NCBI RefSeq assembly: GCF_006345805.1
Contig: NC_043000.1
Coordinates: 51,708,001-51,772,000, forward strand
Source of the DNA: Octopus sinensis
Lineage: Eukaryota
DNA: 64,000 bases
Reading direction: 5' to 3'
The notes beneath the pieces were generated by a model. That model did not search any database. It worked only from the letters and a program-made list of their open reading frames with translations, and was not told the origin of the DNA. Of the stretch, positions 25,013-38,795 are shown piece after piece (position 1 is the first letter of the stretch; every line of letters begins with the position of its first letter). The translations under genes and the position numbers were made by a program.

Positions 25013-25744
25013 ATATATGTATTCCATATTTCTTTATATATATATATATATATATATATAAAGAAATATGGAAGGCGAGTTGAAAGGGAGGGAGGGAGAG
25101 ATAGCTTTCAAGATGAAGAAATAGAAGTGAAGATGGAAAGGAAGGAAGTAGAAAGAAAAATAGAATAAGAAAGGAAGGCAAAACAGAGAGTATACAGTAG
25201 AGATAGTTCTGGCACATATATGTACGTATGTGTGTTATATTCCAAGAAAAGCGTTATAGATTATTCTTAACATCCAAGCTACATACAAAAGACGATATGC
25301 ATTTTTCATTTTAACCAGTAAACTCATTCAAAATATGTTATCCTATACACATACACACGTTGAGAATTGAAACAGAAGTACTGGTTCCCCTCACACTTGA
25401 TCCACTTTCGGTTTTCAAATTTTACCTGCATACATGATAAAGAATCTCACTATGTGTGTGTGTATGTGGTTTTAAGTTCAGTCCTGTTGCATGGGAATGG
25501 CCCCGCTCCTCCAGGCTGACCAATATTTTGTGAATGAATTTAGTTGATGGAAACTCAGTACAAGCCTGTAAATACTTTTATTTTCATACAAAACATATAA
25601 ACATGTACATCTTTTAGAACATTGCCATTTTATTATAAGATTTTGCTGGCAAATTCTTAAATTAACATGAACGTTTATTTACATGAAGGAAAATTACTAG
25701 AAAACTTTCTTCTAATTCTTCCAAATCTTTCTGCTAAAACCAAT

Positions 25745-26165
25745 GTGTGTGTGTTCCATCACCGTTGTTTAACAACCTGTGTTGGTTTGGCGGTGAGCTG
25801 GCAGAATTGTTAGCACGTCGGGCGAAATGCCGAGCGGTATTTCGTCTGCCGTTACGTTCTGAGTTCAATTTCCATCGAGGTCGACTTTACCTTTCATCCT
25901 TTCAGGGTCGATGAATTAAGTACCAGTTACGCACTGGGGTCGATACAATCGACTTAAATCCGTCTGTCTGTCCTTGTTTGTTTCCTCTGTGTTTAGCAAG
26001 CCCCTTGTGGGTAGTAAAGAAATAGGTTTATGTCTTCGTAGCTTTGCAGGACCATAAAATATTAATAACAATAAGTACAGGGGTTGATTTGTTTGATTAC
26101 GCCCTTCAAGGTGGTGCCCCAGCATGGTCACAGTCCAATGACTGAATCAAGTAAAGGATAAAAGA
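25745..26165 (+). mobile_element. Old SINE B 3' half interrupted by a SINE A
   Basis: aacaacctgtgttggttt | insertion | ggtttatgtcttcgtag...ggtggtgccccagcatggtcacagtcc. Confidence 0.75.
25789..26024 (+). mobile_element. SINE A1 nested in SINE B
   Basis: Full-length family A sequence; ggttt repeated at 25784-25788 and 26025-26029 (candidate TSD). Confidence 0.92.
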
Positions 26166-26909
26166 TACACACACGTAGGCACATGGCATATTTACCAAAG
26201 AAAATTATTTCAAGACAAGCCTTGTTACGTGTTTATCATTTCATCCATCCAAGATCCTATCTCCCTCAACAGCTTGTTCCACATTTCTTTTGATATTTAC
26301 CCTATCAGATTGTACTCGTACTTTTATTTACTTTTGTACTTTTATTACGTAATTCATACACTATTTAAGGAAACCGATATCCTTAATTTTTCTCCTCAAA
26401 GTCTCACAAATCTATCAACGAATAGATTTTTCTGCAAAATACGTTCACCGACAGATGTAGGCTACATTACACCACCTGTAGTTGGTCTAAACAAGTAGGA
26501 GTGGGAGAAAAGAGAGAAAGAGAGTTGCTGTGAAATATCTTGAGTTGTGTCTTGAAAAGAACTCCACTCGTAGTATATATGTGCATGTATAAATATATAA
26601 GTATATGTGTATATGTGTGTGTGTATATATGTACGTGTGTGTGTGTGTGTATGTATGTTTGTGTATATATATATGTATGCATATATATTTATGTACGTAT
26701 GTATCTATATATAGAGAGATAGATAGATAGATATCTGTAGTTATATATGTATTAATAAATATGCATGTGAGTATATGTGTGTGTATACACATACATATGT
26801 ATATTTATAGATACATATATATTCACACATACATGCTTATTGATACACACACACATATATGCTTATACATATGTACCTATTTACACCATTTATGCTATAT
26901 ATGTATGTA

Positions 26910-26946
<37 letters not shown>

Positions 26947-27672
26947 TCTAGTGGGTTGATTTTTGCAAGCAACATAATCTGTACCTAATTAATAAGTCAG
27001 ATAAAAGGGGTAATTTATCCTCCCATTCCCTGCCATGGGCACCTATTTTTTTCTTCTATCTTCTGCGCATCATTATACTTGATTTCTTTCGGTTTCTCCC
27101 TTTCTCTTTCCATCACTAGTTCTGCTTTGTTAATAGAGATAGTCTTTTATTCTAGATGCAAGTAGAAAAGATGTTTCTTAATTCTCGATTCTTGGGTTTT
27201 TAATCAGTATACGCTGAAGTAAGAATGCTTATAGGTTTGGATTCATTCCATTCAAAATGAACAGAATATCGATCAAATATATTCTTCTTGTTGTTTCTGC
27301 ATGTGTGTGTGTGTTTTAATATGCATGGATACATACATCCACACGTATGTGCATGCACGTATAATCATACATACGAATATGTGTCATATATATTTCACAG
27401 GTTTAATAGATGAGAATTGCTTCATAAATCTTCTTTTTATCTCAGTATTTGGGGCAGTCATTTCATGAATATTCCAAAAAGAATTCACACATACACACAT
27501 GCACGTATATATATATATATTTAGTATGCTGCATGTGTGTGTATGAATACACACACATAGTCACATGATGGCAAAGCTAGTACTAATCAGCAATGCTATT
27601 ATAAGTTGTTTTTTTTCTTGTTAGTGAAATATATATATGTGTGTGTGTAAAAATTCATCTCTTACTCTACAC

Positions 27673-27956
27673 CATCATCATCATTATTTAACGTCTCTTG
27701 TCCATGCTGGCATGGGTTGGACGGTTTGACCAGAGCTGGTAAGTTGAGGAGCTGATCCAGACTCCAGTCTGATTTTTGCATGTTTTCTGCAGCTGGATGC
27801 TGACCACTCCAAGAATATAATGGATGCTTCTACATGCCAGTTACATGACACCAGTATCTGCCACAACTACGATTTCACTTGGCTTGATAGGTCTTCTTCT
27901 CAAGCATGGCTTATTGCCAAAGGTCTCAGTCATTTGTCATTGCCTCCATGAGGCCC
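27673..27956 (-). mobile_element. RTE-like LINE 3' end (long 3' UTR type)
   Basis: Minus translation GLMEAMTND*DLWQ*AMLEKKTYQAK*, then a UTR ending ccgtccaacccatgccagcatgg...acgttaaa and a (GAT)n tail. Confidence 0.8.
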
Positions 27957-29399
27957 ATTTATATATACATTTATAATATAACTGCGGTAAAGAATATTTA
28001 TAGTAGAGCTAATACAATTTGAAATAAATGCAAACATGTTTCCATGAGAAGTGCAGTAGGAAGTTTGAATTTTTATATTAATATTCACCAATACACAGCC
28101 TCTGTGTTAATATTGCTAATTCAGTTTCATAGGTGGAAGAAACGGTTTTGTGCATAGGTCAGTCTTTTAAATACAGCTCTTGGCTGTTCTGTGTTATTAG
28201 TAGTGAGATCATAACTCTGTTATTATACCGCTTGCAGTTACTACTTGGCATGGAAGGAATCTGCTATACATGGACAGGTTCTGCATAATATGTACTATGC
28301 AGGAAAAGTACTCTAATAGCCTGAAAACTTAGAGCTTGATATTCACACAGACATGCACACACACGTGTATGTGTGAATAATGTGTATATATATATGTATG
28401 TATGTATGTATATATATATTAACAATATCAGGGTAATAAAGATTTTAGAAAGTTTTACTATCTGTGGCCTAGCATATAGAAAAATTAGTCAATAGATGGT
28501 AAATGTTTTTTATTTTTCATTCCTTTCAAGTTTTTATCCCTAATAGTGGTTTGTACTTTAGCTGTTCCTTCTAGCGTGAAAGGAATCCTATGATGGATAC
28601 CTCTTATGTGTTTAAATGTACACTGTATTTTCATATATATATATATATATATATATAAATATACACATACATGCAAACATAAGCACACACACATGCACTT
28701 ATATACATTTATTATGCACAGTAAGTGCGTGATGTAGCGTGGGAGTTTAGATCATTGTGAACTCAAATTGTATTTGTTGGTCTTTTAATTATTTTATTAA
28801 TGTTCCTGGAAAAGGCACGAACTCCTTCATTCTTGTTCGCTTGCTACATGAAGACAATAGGGCTAATATACTACTAATGGAGATCTATGATCAATAAACG
28901 CTAAACAATTCAAGTTCCGCATGAGATAAATATTTATCCTCTGTATGTGTATGTAAGTATGCACATGCGCATGTATGCACATCTTTGCGTGCGTGCATGT
29001 GTGTGTGTGTGTGTGTGTGCATGCATAAGCATTAGGATTTTGAGAAATAATGCAATAACTTCCAACAGGCATTTAATCACGTATCTTCCGCTGACTGTTC
29101 TACAGTGCCATGGCTATCGTTGCCTTCAGGAAGACTAAATTAGAAAGCTGATGCCAGTATTTCAGTTCTGTTTGCACGTCTACTTGGTCAGCAGAGAATC
29201 TAGCAAAGAAGAAAATCTTTATTTTCAACAAGATTGAAAGTGTAATTACATCATAGAATGGAGATGATCCCAAATAGCCAGCGGCTGGTCATTGGCGATG
29301 TGCACCACTTGAATATATTCTTACAAAATCTTGTGGTTTAACTACACTCACACATACACACATTTATATACAATACATCATGTAGACATACATGCATAT

Positions 29400-29403
29400 G
29401 TAC

Positions 29404-29473
<70 letters not shown>

Positions 29474-29720
29474 TGCGTGTGTATGTATATATATATATAT
29501 ATTTATCTATATATATATGTGTATATGTATATATATATATGTGTGTGTATATGTATATATATATATGTGTGTGTATATGTATATGTATGTATGTGTGTGT
29601 GTGTATATGTATATGTATGTGTGTGTGTGTGTAGCTCTCTCTCTATCTATATATATATATGTATGTATATGTATATAATATATATATGTATATATATATA
29701 TGTATGCATACGTATAGCTA
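29400..29720. repeat. Long (TA)n/(TG)n mosaic microsatellite
   Basis: Seen directly; source of several YIYI and VCVC ORF artefacts. Confidence 0.95.
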
Positions 29721-30017
29721 TGTATATATTTATATGTATGTGTGTGTATGTAAATGTTTTTATATACATACCCCTATGTATGTGTGTGTATGTAAATGTT
29801 TTTATATACATACCCCTATGTATGTGTGTGCATAGATATACATATTTGTGTGTGTGTGTGTTTAGGGGTATATATGTAAAAACATTTTATGAATGTTGGT
29901 ATAGTAGAAGGTATAGAGATATAGTTAATATATACTGGTATAGCAAGACATTGTCAGAAACCTATGTCTACATCCATGGATACATACATGCATGCACACA
30001 AAAACATACATAGAAAA

Positions 30018-30235
30018 ATAATAATCATTTTCCATTTACTTTTCCACGCTTGCATGATTTGAACAGGTCTTCTACTCAGCATCTCTCCGTTTATTAGATC
30101 TTTTGTGTGAGGTTCACCTTCCTGGAATCACCTTTTACTATTTCTGCCCAGGGCTTTCCTTGATCTCCCTCTTCCACAGTTTCATTCATCTTGGATATTC
30201 TCATGCTTCTTTACCCATCTGTTATCCTTCATGTG
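30018..30235 (-). mobile_element. Old RTE-like LINE 3' end (short 3' UTR type)
   Basis: Minus translation with a frameshift: HMKDNRWVKK...CGRGRSRK-WAEIVKGDSRKVNLT, matching the RTE GRGRPRKTW motif; ends catgcaagcgtggaaaa. Confidence 0.7.
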
Positions 30236-33200
30236 AGAGAAGGAGAGGAAGAGAAGTGAGATGAAGGGATTTAGATGTGGAGGCAATAGACTATTTCCCA
30301 TACATTACCAGAGTCAAGGATACACTCAAGAAATACTGCAAAGCAAGTTGCTTAAACTTGTACATCTTCTTCTGACTTTGCATTCTTTAAATACGGTTTA
30401 AGAACATAGTCAGCATTCATTTAAGTTCGATGTGGAAGATTAAGCTTAATATGTCTCTTGAAAATGTTTTTTTTTTTAAATTTATATTAATGGTACATAA
30501 ACATAACATCTTTGTGGTGTTTATTTTATAGTCTCTTATTTTAAAGATATAAGTATCATCCATTCATATCCTAAACACCTTGTTGCTGTGCTTCTCTAGA
30601 AGACCTTAGACATATGCCCTTTAATGAAAATGAAAGAGAATATGATGATCTAATCTCATTCATCTCTCATAAATCTCAATTACTACTCATATCAAGGTAT
30701 CCACATTGCTCTGCTACATGCTCCTTATTCACAGATAGCACACAGCTAAAACCTTCAAATTTGCTACAAATGCTAAGCCTTACAATTTTTGGCTGTCTTT
30801 ACTGAGGAGAAACTCAATCATTGTCTTTGATTAACATGCAATTTCTCCCTTCCATTACATAGTCAAAAACGTATTTGACTCATTATTAACATAAAAGATG
30901 TTGAATGAAATGAAAAGAGCTTTTTTTTTATCACATAGTCTATATTTTAGAATACATGACATTTTATATATATTTTAACTACCGTAACTACTATTTAGTT
31001 TAGTGATTATTATTGAGTAATAATGTTTGCATTTTACCCACTGTTCATCCTTCCATTCTATTGTCTGTGTAACTTGCATATGACATAAAAATTGGGGTCA
31101 ACTGAGATTATCCAAATAATTAGTGGAAAAAAAACTTCCCTTAGAGGTATTCGAAATCTAAAAACAACATGCAAAGGACATAATTGTAATGAATTTAGTT
31201 GAATGAAATGAAATATAAATCATACAGATTGGTGTTAATCTGGTCTTTAAAGCTCTTTGGTGAACGCAGCTGTTTCAGTTTTAATAGGCCTCCTCAGTTA
31301 AATTGCATTTTACTAAGTCGTCAAGACTTACAGTGCTCAATACATGTAGAAATAAAAGTAAAAAAAAAAAGGGATGTTGATTATGAATAACAGCAATATG
31401 GCAGAGGGAAAATAGTTTGGGGAAATGTTCTGCATTTTAAATAAAAGTAGCTGTAGGGTCACTCATATTTTATTTTATAAGTGTGTTGACTTCGATGAAT
31501 TAAGATGAGTAGACAAAAATTTTCCTCAAGCTGTGTTTAAGTCTACAAACAACAGACAAGGGGAATAATTCCAATAAGATTAGTTGATCAAAATTTCTGC
31601 TCAATAAAGACAATGTAAATTGGAGTAGATTTTGTTGTCAAAGCCAGCTGACAAAAAGAAACAACCACGAAAGCTACTTTCACCAGTATGCAGAATTCTT
31701 GTCTGAAACATTTTCCTTTGGCCATATTGTCTGTATATAGCATGTGGTAAAGAACACATACTTAATAATCAAATAAGTTACTAAAAAAAGAAAACAAAAC
31801 AACAAAAAATGAAAAGAAACCCTTTGAAAGCAGAAAACTAAAAGAATAGAGAGAAAAAGAAAGAAAATGTTCGGCATGGTAATAATGATAAATATTTGAA
31901 CTTGTTAGCTTCAGTAGTTTCTGAAGCACCAGCACTAACAACACTCAAGCAATAAAACGTGACAAAAACCGTGGCAACTAATTTTTTTGTGGTTTGCAAC
32001 ATTGAATGAAGAAGATGGTGGTGATGGGAAGTTGTGGTAGTGGTGTATAATATGGCAAGTGTAATAAAATTCAATATGCTATAGTAGTAGCCTAAAGTCA
32101 AAGACTGTTTCTTTAGTATAATAGTCCACATACCATATTAGTGTGCTATGGTATTTTTTCACTTGAACTGAGGTGTTTACTAATGTGTATCAATATAGTT
32201 CTTCAGTTAGTTTTAGCCATCAGGGCTAAGACCTGCTGGAACAGCACTATCGGTTTTTATTAGTTTATGTAAGAATTTCAACTATTTTCATTGGATAATT
32301 TTCTGCGAAAAAAAATGTACCTGACAGTGTAAATCCTCAGCTAAGGGTAGTTCATGTCATTTAAGTTGCTAACATTCATGGGAAAGGCATGAACGTCATA
32401 ACATCCTATTCATTTTCCTATCAGTCGAGATCTTACATTTAGAGAAATAACATCTATGTTATATAATTGAATTCTACTACATCTGCAGCTTTTCAGCATT
32501 TGCATCTGTATTGATATATATGTATGCATTTGCACATGTATGTAGATATATAAACTAATCAATGAATGCATGTGCTTTATTGACGGTACGTGCAAAAAAC
32601 AATAATTTCTTTATATACATTTTTTTATGAGCATACATGCACACGCTCACACACACACACACACACCATAGACATACCCGTACGCACACAGACACAAAAC
32701 AGTAGTAGACAATGAGATAACAGTGAAGATAGAAGCTGCTGCTACTGCCGCTACTGCTTCTTCTGTTGCCGATGATTGTTAGTGGCAGTGAACTGACTGT
32801 TGTAGGTATTTCGTGACATCAGAGAAGTCTCTAACTATGTTAGTAGACCTTCACTTATGGAGTTGATCCAAATACCACATTATAGTTCGTGATATTTGCT
32901 AAAAGACTTTTCTATATCATGAACTCTAATTTAATTTTTGGAAGCCCTCCACCGACAAACACTATTGACATGTAGTAGTAGTAGTAGTAGTAGTAGTAAC
33001 AATAGCAGTAGTAGTGAGAGTGGTGGAGCTGGTGCTTTTGTGAGGGAAGACAGCCAATGCAGTAGAGCTGTGGACTAATATATCTTATACTATTTAAGCG
33101 TATAGTGGAAATATGGTAGAATTCATTTACATGGAACAGCAGCCCTGGCTTTAGTTAGATAAGAAGGTTTGAATCTTTTGACCACTACATCCAATAGTGG

Positions 33201-33359
33201 TCAACACCATTATATCCAACGAGTGCAACACCACTATGATCAAGACCATGGTCCCTACTATGACCACCACCACCACCACCAGTACTACTACTACTACTAC
33301 GTATGATGGTGGTGGTATTGATGATGATGGTGTTGGTGGTGATGATTGTTTTTGTTTCT

Positions 33360-33800
33360 AATTTAGACACAAGACCAGAAATTTTGGGGGAAGGTGTTCG
33401 TCAACTCTGTCGAACCCAGAAGAACGAAATACAGAATTGACCTTTGGCATGATTTGAACTCAGAAAGTTTAGAGCTGAAACAAGTATTGCAAGGCATTTT
33501 TCCAATGCTTTAATGATTCTGTCAATCCACTAACTTCATATAATAGTAATAATAATAATGATAATAATAATAATCATCCTCCTCCTCCTTTCTAGTAAAG
33601 GCACAAAGCTTGAAACTTGGGGGAAGGAGACTAGTTGATTACATCAATCCCAGTGTTTTACTGGTACTTAATTTATTGACCCTGAAAGGATGAAAGGCAA
33701 AGTTGACCTCAGCAGAATTTGAACTCAGAATGTAGCAACAGACGAAATACCACTAAGCATTTTGTGCAGTGTGCTAACAATTCTGCCAGCTTGTCGCCTT
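33360..33800 (-). mobile_element. Two tandem SINE A copies embedded in (TAA)n
   Basis: 33590-33800 is clear, 33360-33535 older; (TAA)n lies between them and to the right. Confidence 0.8.
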
Positions 33801-34586
33801 AATAATAATAGAAACAATAATAATTATAATGATAATAATAATAAAATTAATGATAATAGTAATAATTTCTTTATTTTAATAGTAGACAGAGACCACATTA
33901 ACGAACTTAATGATGAATCTTACAGAGCTAGAAATTGTTCAGACAGTATGACAGATTTAGCAATTAACTATAGAAAGATAAAGGCAGTTTTACATCAAGT
34001 GTGAAATAGTATGAATTTGATTGATATTTTGATTATAAGTAATGACAAGTTCATCAGGTACGTTATTTCTTACTTGAAAGATCATACTAGGTATAAAAAG
34101 AAGCAAAACAAGGAAAATATGGAAAGAAATTCGTCTGCATTGAAATTGTGTCCAGAGGTTTTTTTACTTGTATTAATAGAAAATGTGTTTGTTCTGTGGT
34201 TTTTATGATAAAGTACAGTACTATTTGCAAATGTTTGTATATCTGTTTCACACATGAAGAAATAAGGAAGACATATAGTTATGTATGCCCATATATACAT
34301 GTGTATGTATGTATGTATATCAGTATCTGTCTGACAGTCTATTTATCTGTGTGTACACCCGCACACACACATACACACATGTATATTACTACATATATGT
34401 ATATTTATGTCTGTCTATACATATAAATATGTGTATACATTCATCCATATGCTAACTACACACACATGCATACAGTATGTGTGTATATATATCTACATAT
34501 GTATATATATATATACACCTGGCACAGGGATAAACCATGATCAATGATGATGATATATATATGCATATAAATATATATATATATAT

Positions 34587-34626
34587 ATCATCATCATCGT
34601 TTAACGTCCGTTTTCCGCGCTAGCAC
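34587..34626 (-). mobile_element. RTE tail-only fragment
   Basis: catcatcatcatcgtttaacgtccgttttccgcgctagca is the reverse complement of the RTE terminus. Confidence 0.7.
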
Positions 34627-36237
34627 GATATATATATATGCATATATATATATATATATATATATATAATCTTTGTAATTTGTTCGTATATAAATAGCTT
34701 TCTTATAACAGAAGCAAGTCCCTAAAGATGGTAACATTCTTTCAAAGGAAAATACTTCATGAATCAGTCTTCTCTGCTTTAAATATTGACTATGAAATGT
34801 GGAACCAGATAAGTAAGCAACGTTATAATCACATGCGTATTGTGTGTTGAGGAATGGTAGAATCCAAGAATTAAAAGACCACAGTTCAAGGCTGAATATT
34901 CCTAAATGGGCATCAAAATGCAAGTGTTTTATGTCTGAGTATGTTTATGACAGAATGAAAGGAAAAGATTGAAGGAAAAATACAATGTGTGTATGTGTGT
35001 GTTGAGGAGTAGGCATTTCTATATAATGGCAACAAAGAAGATGAGTAGCTTGTACGAGATCAGTGAGTGTATATAAAGAAACATGCATATGTATTGTATA
35101 TGCTACAGTTTGTAGAAAATAAAACATGGGCTTGTGTGTGCGTGTACATGTGTCCTGCAGATTGGGCAAGTATATGTGTGAATAAACAATATGTTTGAAT
35201 GTGTGGTTAGATAGGTAGATAGATAGATGAAAAGAGAAAGAGGGCATTGATGGTGTGAATAGAAGAGAGAGTGAATAAGTTAGACTGTATGCGAGCTATT
35301 GATTATTAACTGTAAGCGATACAACAGCATGTAGAAGCTGTATTAAGTTACAATAATTTCTTTTGTGTAACACACAACCAAGAATCTCGATTAGCTTGGC
35401 CAACATCCATTTTTGTCAATAGAGGAATTACAATAATCCTCACTCAACATAGTTCTATGGATAAACGGAATGGTTCTTTTTTATCAGTAGGATTCTAATT
35501 AACAATCTACTGAAGAACTAATTATTAGCAGATAAAGACAGATAGAAGAATCAGTAAAAATCATGTATAGCTGATTGTTTCAGACAAGTTGAAGAGATAC
35601 ATTCTGCATGCATGTGTGAATGTTTGATAGTGAGATAGGAATAGAACCACCAGCCTCATGCATGCACACACACACACACACACACATTTCCATATATGCA
35701 TGCACACACATACATACATAGTGATTGCTCCATCTTCACAGATGATTGCTACCTCCTTGTGCTTCTTTGTTGTCAATAGCATTTCTGATCTTCCATCCAT
35801 AACCTCTCAGATGACTATTCAGTCCCATTGTAGATCTGCATGGTTTAAAGCATAGATGACAGATGAAAGTTGTAACTTGCTGCGCACTTCCAACTGATTA
35901 GGTCTGCACATATTGCTTTTCTTCTATCATTGTAAGACTTTCTTTCAGTACATGGAATGGCAAATGAGATGACTATAAAGATTGCTATGGGTTAACAAAC
36001 ATAAGTGATGATATACCATCTGAATGTGGGGACTCAGAGAACACCCTTGGTTGGTGCCAGGGTTTGCAGTAAAACCACTGGGAGCGCAGGATCCCTAGCT
36101 GTTGTCACAGTACCATTTTAGGAGAGGAACACTAGGTCTCATGTGATTACTGGTCATCTTGTGTCAGCCTGTTGCTAGGTAACTGAACATGGGGACTCAT
36201 AGAGTGATACATACATAGACAGATATATATATATATA

Positions 36238-36424
36238 GGGAGAGTTTTTCGAAAAAAACAAAAGACGAAGACAGGTAGTGTACAAAACAAACAGATGTAT
36301 TAGTATAACGTTCAGGAATAGAAAAAGTCTTTTACGTTTCGAGCCTATGCTCTTCTACTGAAAGGGACACAGAAAAAGCAAGGAGAGAAAAAAATGTGTG
36401 TAGTGGCTAATGATCTATCATGGC

Positions 36425-36428
<4 letters not shown>
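36238..36428 (-). mobile_element. Penelope-like terminal fragment inside (TA)n
   Basis: Reverse complement contains gaagagcataggctcgaaacgtaaaagactttttctattcctgaacgttatactaatacatctg; (TA)n on both sides. Confidence 0.55.
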
Positions 36429-36462
<34 letters not shown>

Positions 36463-36512
36463 TTACATGCACACAAACATACACACATCACATGCTTACA
36501 TATATATACACA

Positions 36513-36580
36513 GGAGCCTTGGATCTAGGTTAGAAATCAGATCTTTATTGGCAAGAAATCTTGAAATAAAACTGAATAAT
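36513..36580 (+). mobile_element. Second 3' terminus of the R4/Dong-like element
   Basis: gccttggatctaggttagaaa...ttggcaagaaatcttgaaataaaactgaataat is near-identical to 22207-22276; flanked by TA/CA/TACA repeats. Confidence 0.88.
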
Positions 36581-36629
36581 CACACACACAGAAGCATACA
36601 TACATATGCAAATAATATGTCTGTTGCTT

Positions 36630-36790
36630 GTTGTTGATGACTCTGCAGTTGTTCAGTCAACTGAACTAACTATACATTGAATTAACATACAAAGTGCTGA
36701 TTATTCCACAGTCAAATATATCCTTAAAGTAGATTTCAAGGCAGAATCTTTGTGACACATTGTATGACAAAGCTAACCATTTGAATTATA
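36630..36790 (-). mobile_element. Old SINE C2 3' part
   Basis: Reverse complement aligns by eye to 60005-60150 (agctttgtc...tgtgtcac...ctac(g)ttaagg...ctgtgga...tgttaatt). Confidence 0.6.
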
Positions 36791-36984
36791 GGTTTTTATC
36801 TATCTAACAGTCTTCCAGATAGTTCCTGTTTACTTAATTTCACTTACAAGCTTGGAGTGAACTCAAGCCTTGCTCCAGATGTTATACAATGGAACTGAAC
36901 CCAGCAGCTAATGGTTTAATAACGATCTACTTAGCAATTTGACTATGTCTGCATTCATTGTCATGCACACAACATATTGTATCT

Positions 36985-37438
36985 TGTTGCTCTCCTCTTA
37001 GCAATTGCCTAAGCTGATTATGTGCCTCTTGACCCTACAAGGCCAGCGAGTCCTCAATGTGCTGCTGCCTCCACGTCCACTTGTATGCGAGTGCCCTCAC
37101 CATTGCTGTCATCTTTGCCTTGCACTCTGGCAGTCACTCCACTCTCTTGCATACTCACTCTTTTGTTCATTCATGCTCATATGTGTCGCTGACCAATAAT
37201 TGCTGCTCCATTCATTCTTCCTTTCCAAACACTCAGTCTCTTCACCTCCACATCGTTGTTATTGCTGTGGCATCCTTATCCTCTGCTGCTGCTGGGACCA
37301 TGCTTCTCTCCACGTCTCTCTCCCTCACGACCATCTTCCATCTGCCAAGTGGCATGCTTTGGAAGCTCATAGTCTGTTGCCAAAAATAAAACATTATATC
37401 CATATAAACACTAATTTGAGGATTGATAACGAACAACA
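36985..37438 (+). mobile_element. Possible old solo LTR
   Basis: TGTTG...CAACA termini and AATAAA about 50 bp before the end; TSD is imperfect (tatct vs aatcc). Confidence 0.3.
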
Positions 37439-37796
37439 AATCCACACGCAATAGATAAGACTCCAAATAATTATCTAGTGCTTGCCAGGCAAATGTGTTA
37501 ACAATTTTACCACCTTGAAAACTTCTATGAAATAGAACTTTTGTTCACTAATTTGATAAAGAAGCGTTGTGTAAAGTCAGTGCAGTGCAACAGTTAACAT
37601 GATTATCTGGCAATCCCATGGAGACAAATTTGACTCCCACTGAGGGTTTTTCGTTTCTTTACAATCTCAGATTAGCACTTAGTTCTTTTGTCTTTTAATT
37701 TTTGTTCGTTTCAGTCATTGTATTGTGCCCATGGAACTACTGCTCTGAATGATTTTAGCTGAATGAGTCAACCCTTGTATTTATTTTTCTAATATA

Positions 37797-37845
<49 letters not shown>

Positions 37846-38003
37846 ATATATTTATTAATATTTAGTAGAAGCAACAGAGTGACTCAAGGTCCAAGAGTTT
37901 TGTGTGTTAGCACTTATCAAACTGTTGCTACTACTAAATATTAATACAAATATACATATACTCATATTTTGCGTTTTATTTTTCCTGTTTTCATCACCAT
38001 ACC

Positions 38004-38047
<44 letters not shown>

Positions 38048-38048
38048 G

Positions 38049-38158
38049 TATGAATCAAAATAGTTTGATTCATATTCTGTGCTTTAAGTAGCATGAAATT
38101 CAGACATCATGAAGCTTTGCCCGGAGAAACTTTAAGTAGCACAGAATTTGAATCAAAC
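38049..38158. other. Short fold-back with overlapping palindrome
   Basis: Arms 38063-38083 and 38138-38158 are 20/21 complementary; 38049-38074 is also a perfect 11-bp hairpin. Confidence 0.85.
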
Positions 38159-38757
38159 ATTTTTTTATCCATACATGTAACTCCCAATAAATGTGTTGAA
38201 TGCCCTTCTTTCATAAGCCAACTCACTTGTATATATATATATATATTTACACATACATGCATATACAAAACAGGCTTCTTTCAGTTTCCACCAACAAAAT
38301 CCACTCTCTTGACTTTGGCTGGCTAGTGTTCCAAGGTTTTATGCAGATCTCAAACCATATGATTGAGATACAAACTTATAACCACCCAGTATTTATTACA
38401 TGGCATTGTTTCATACCATTCACATGACATGGAAATTTTGTCCTATAGTATTCCAACCTGCAGAAGAGTTTAGTAATTTAGTGTGATTAAAAGTAATTGT
38501 TTGTTGTTTAATATAGAGCAGATAGTGAAAGTTCAAAGCCTGTTTAAGCTTCTGTATTAATCATCAATGCAAAATCATTTTGCAAGTGTTCAAATGTAGT
38601 TAAAATTATGTAACATGTTTTACTTTTTTTCATGATTGGTAGAGAAACATTTGCATTTCTTTATAACTCATTAATATAGCTTGCGCACACAAGGATTCAC
38701 ATACTATTTATATATGTGTGTGCATAATACATCTACACACAAGTGTGTGTATGTTTA

Positions 38758-38789
<32 letters not shown>

Positions 38790-38795
<6 letters not shown>

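Noticed and set aside
29331-30013. Overlapping YIYI/VCVC ORFs
   Set aside because: Dinucleotide repeats lack stop codons in these frames; artefact
35729-35900. SIFTDDC and SAWFKA snippets resembling a CR1/L2 RT (LFADD motif)
   Set aside because: Short, in different frames, with no upstream GVPQG motif found; too weak to call
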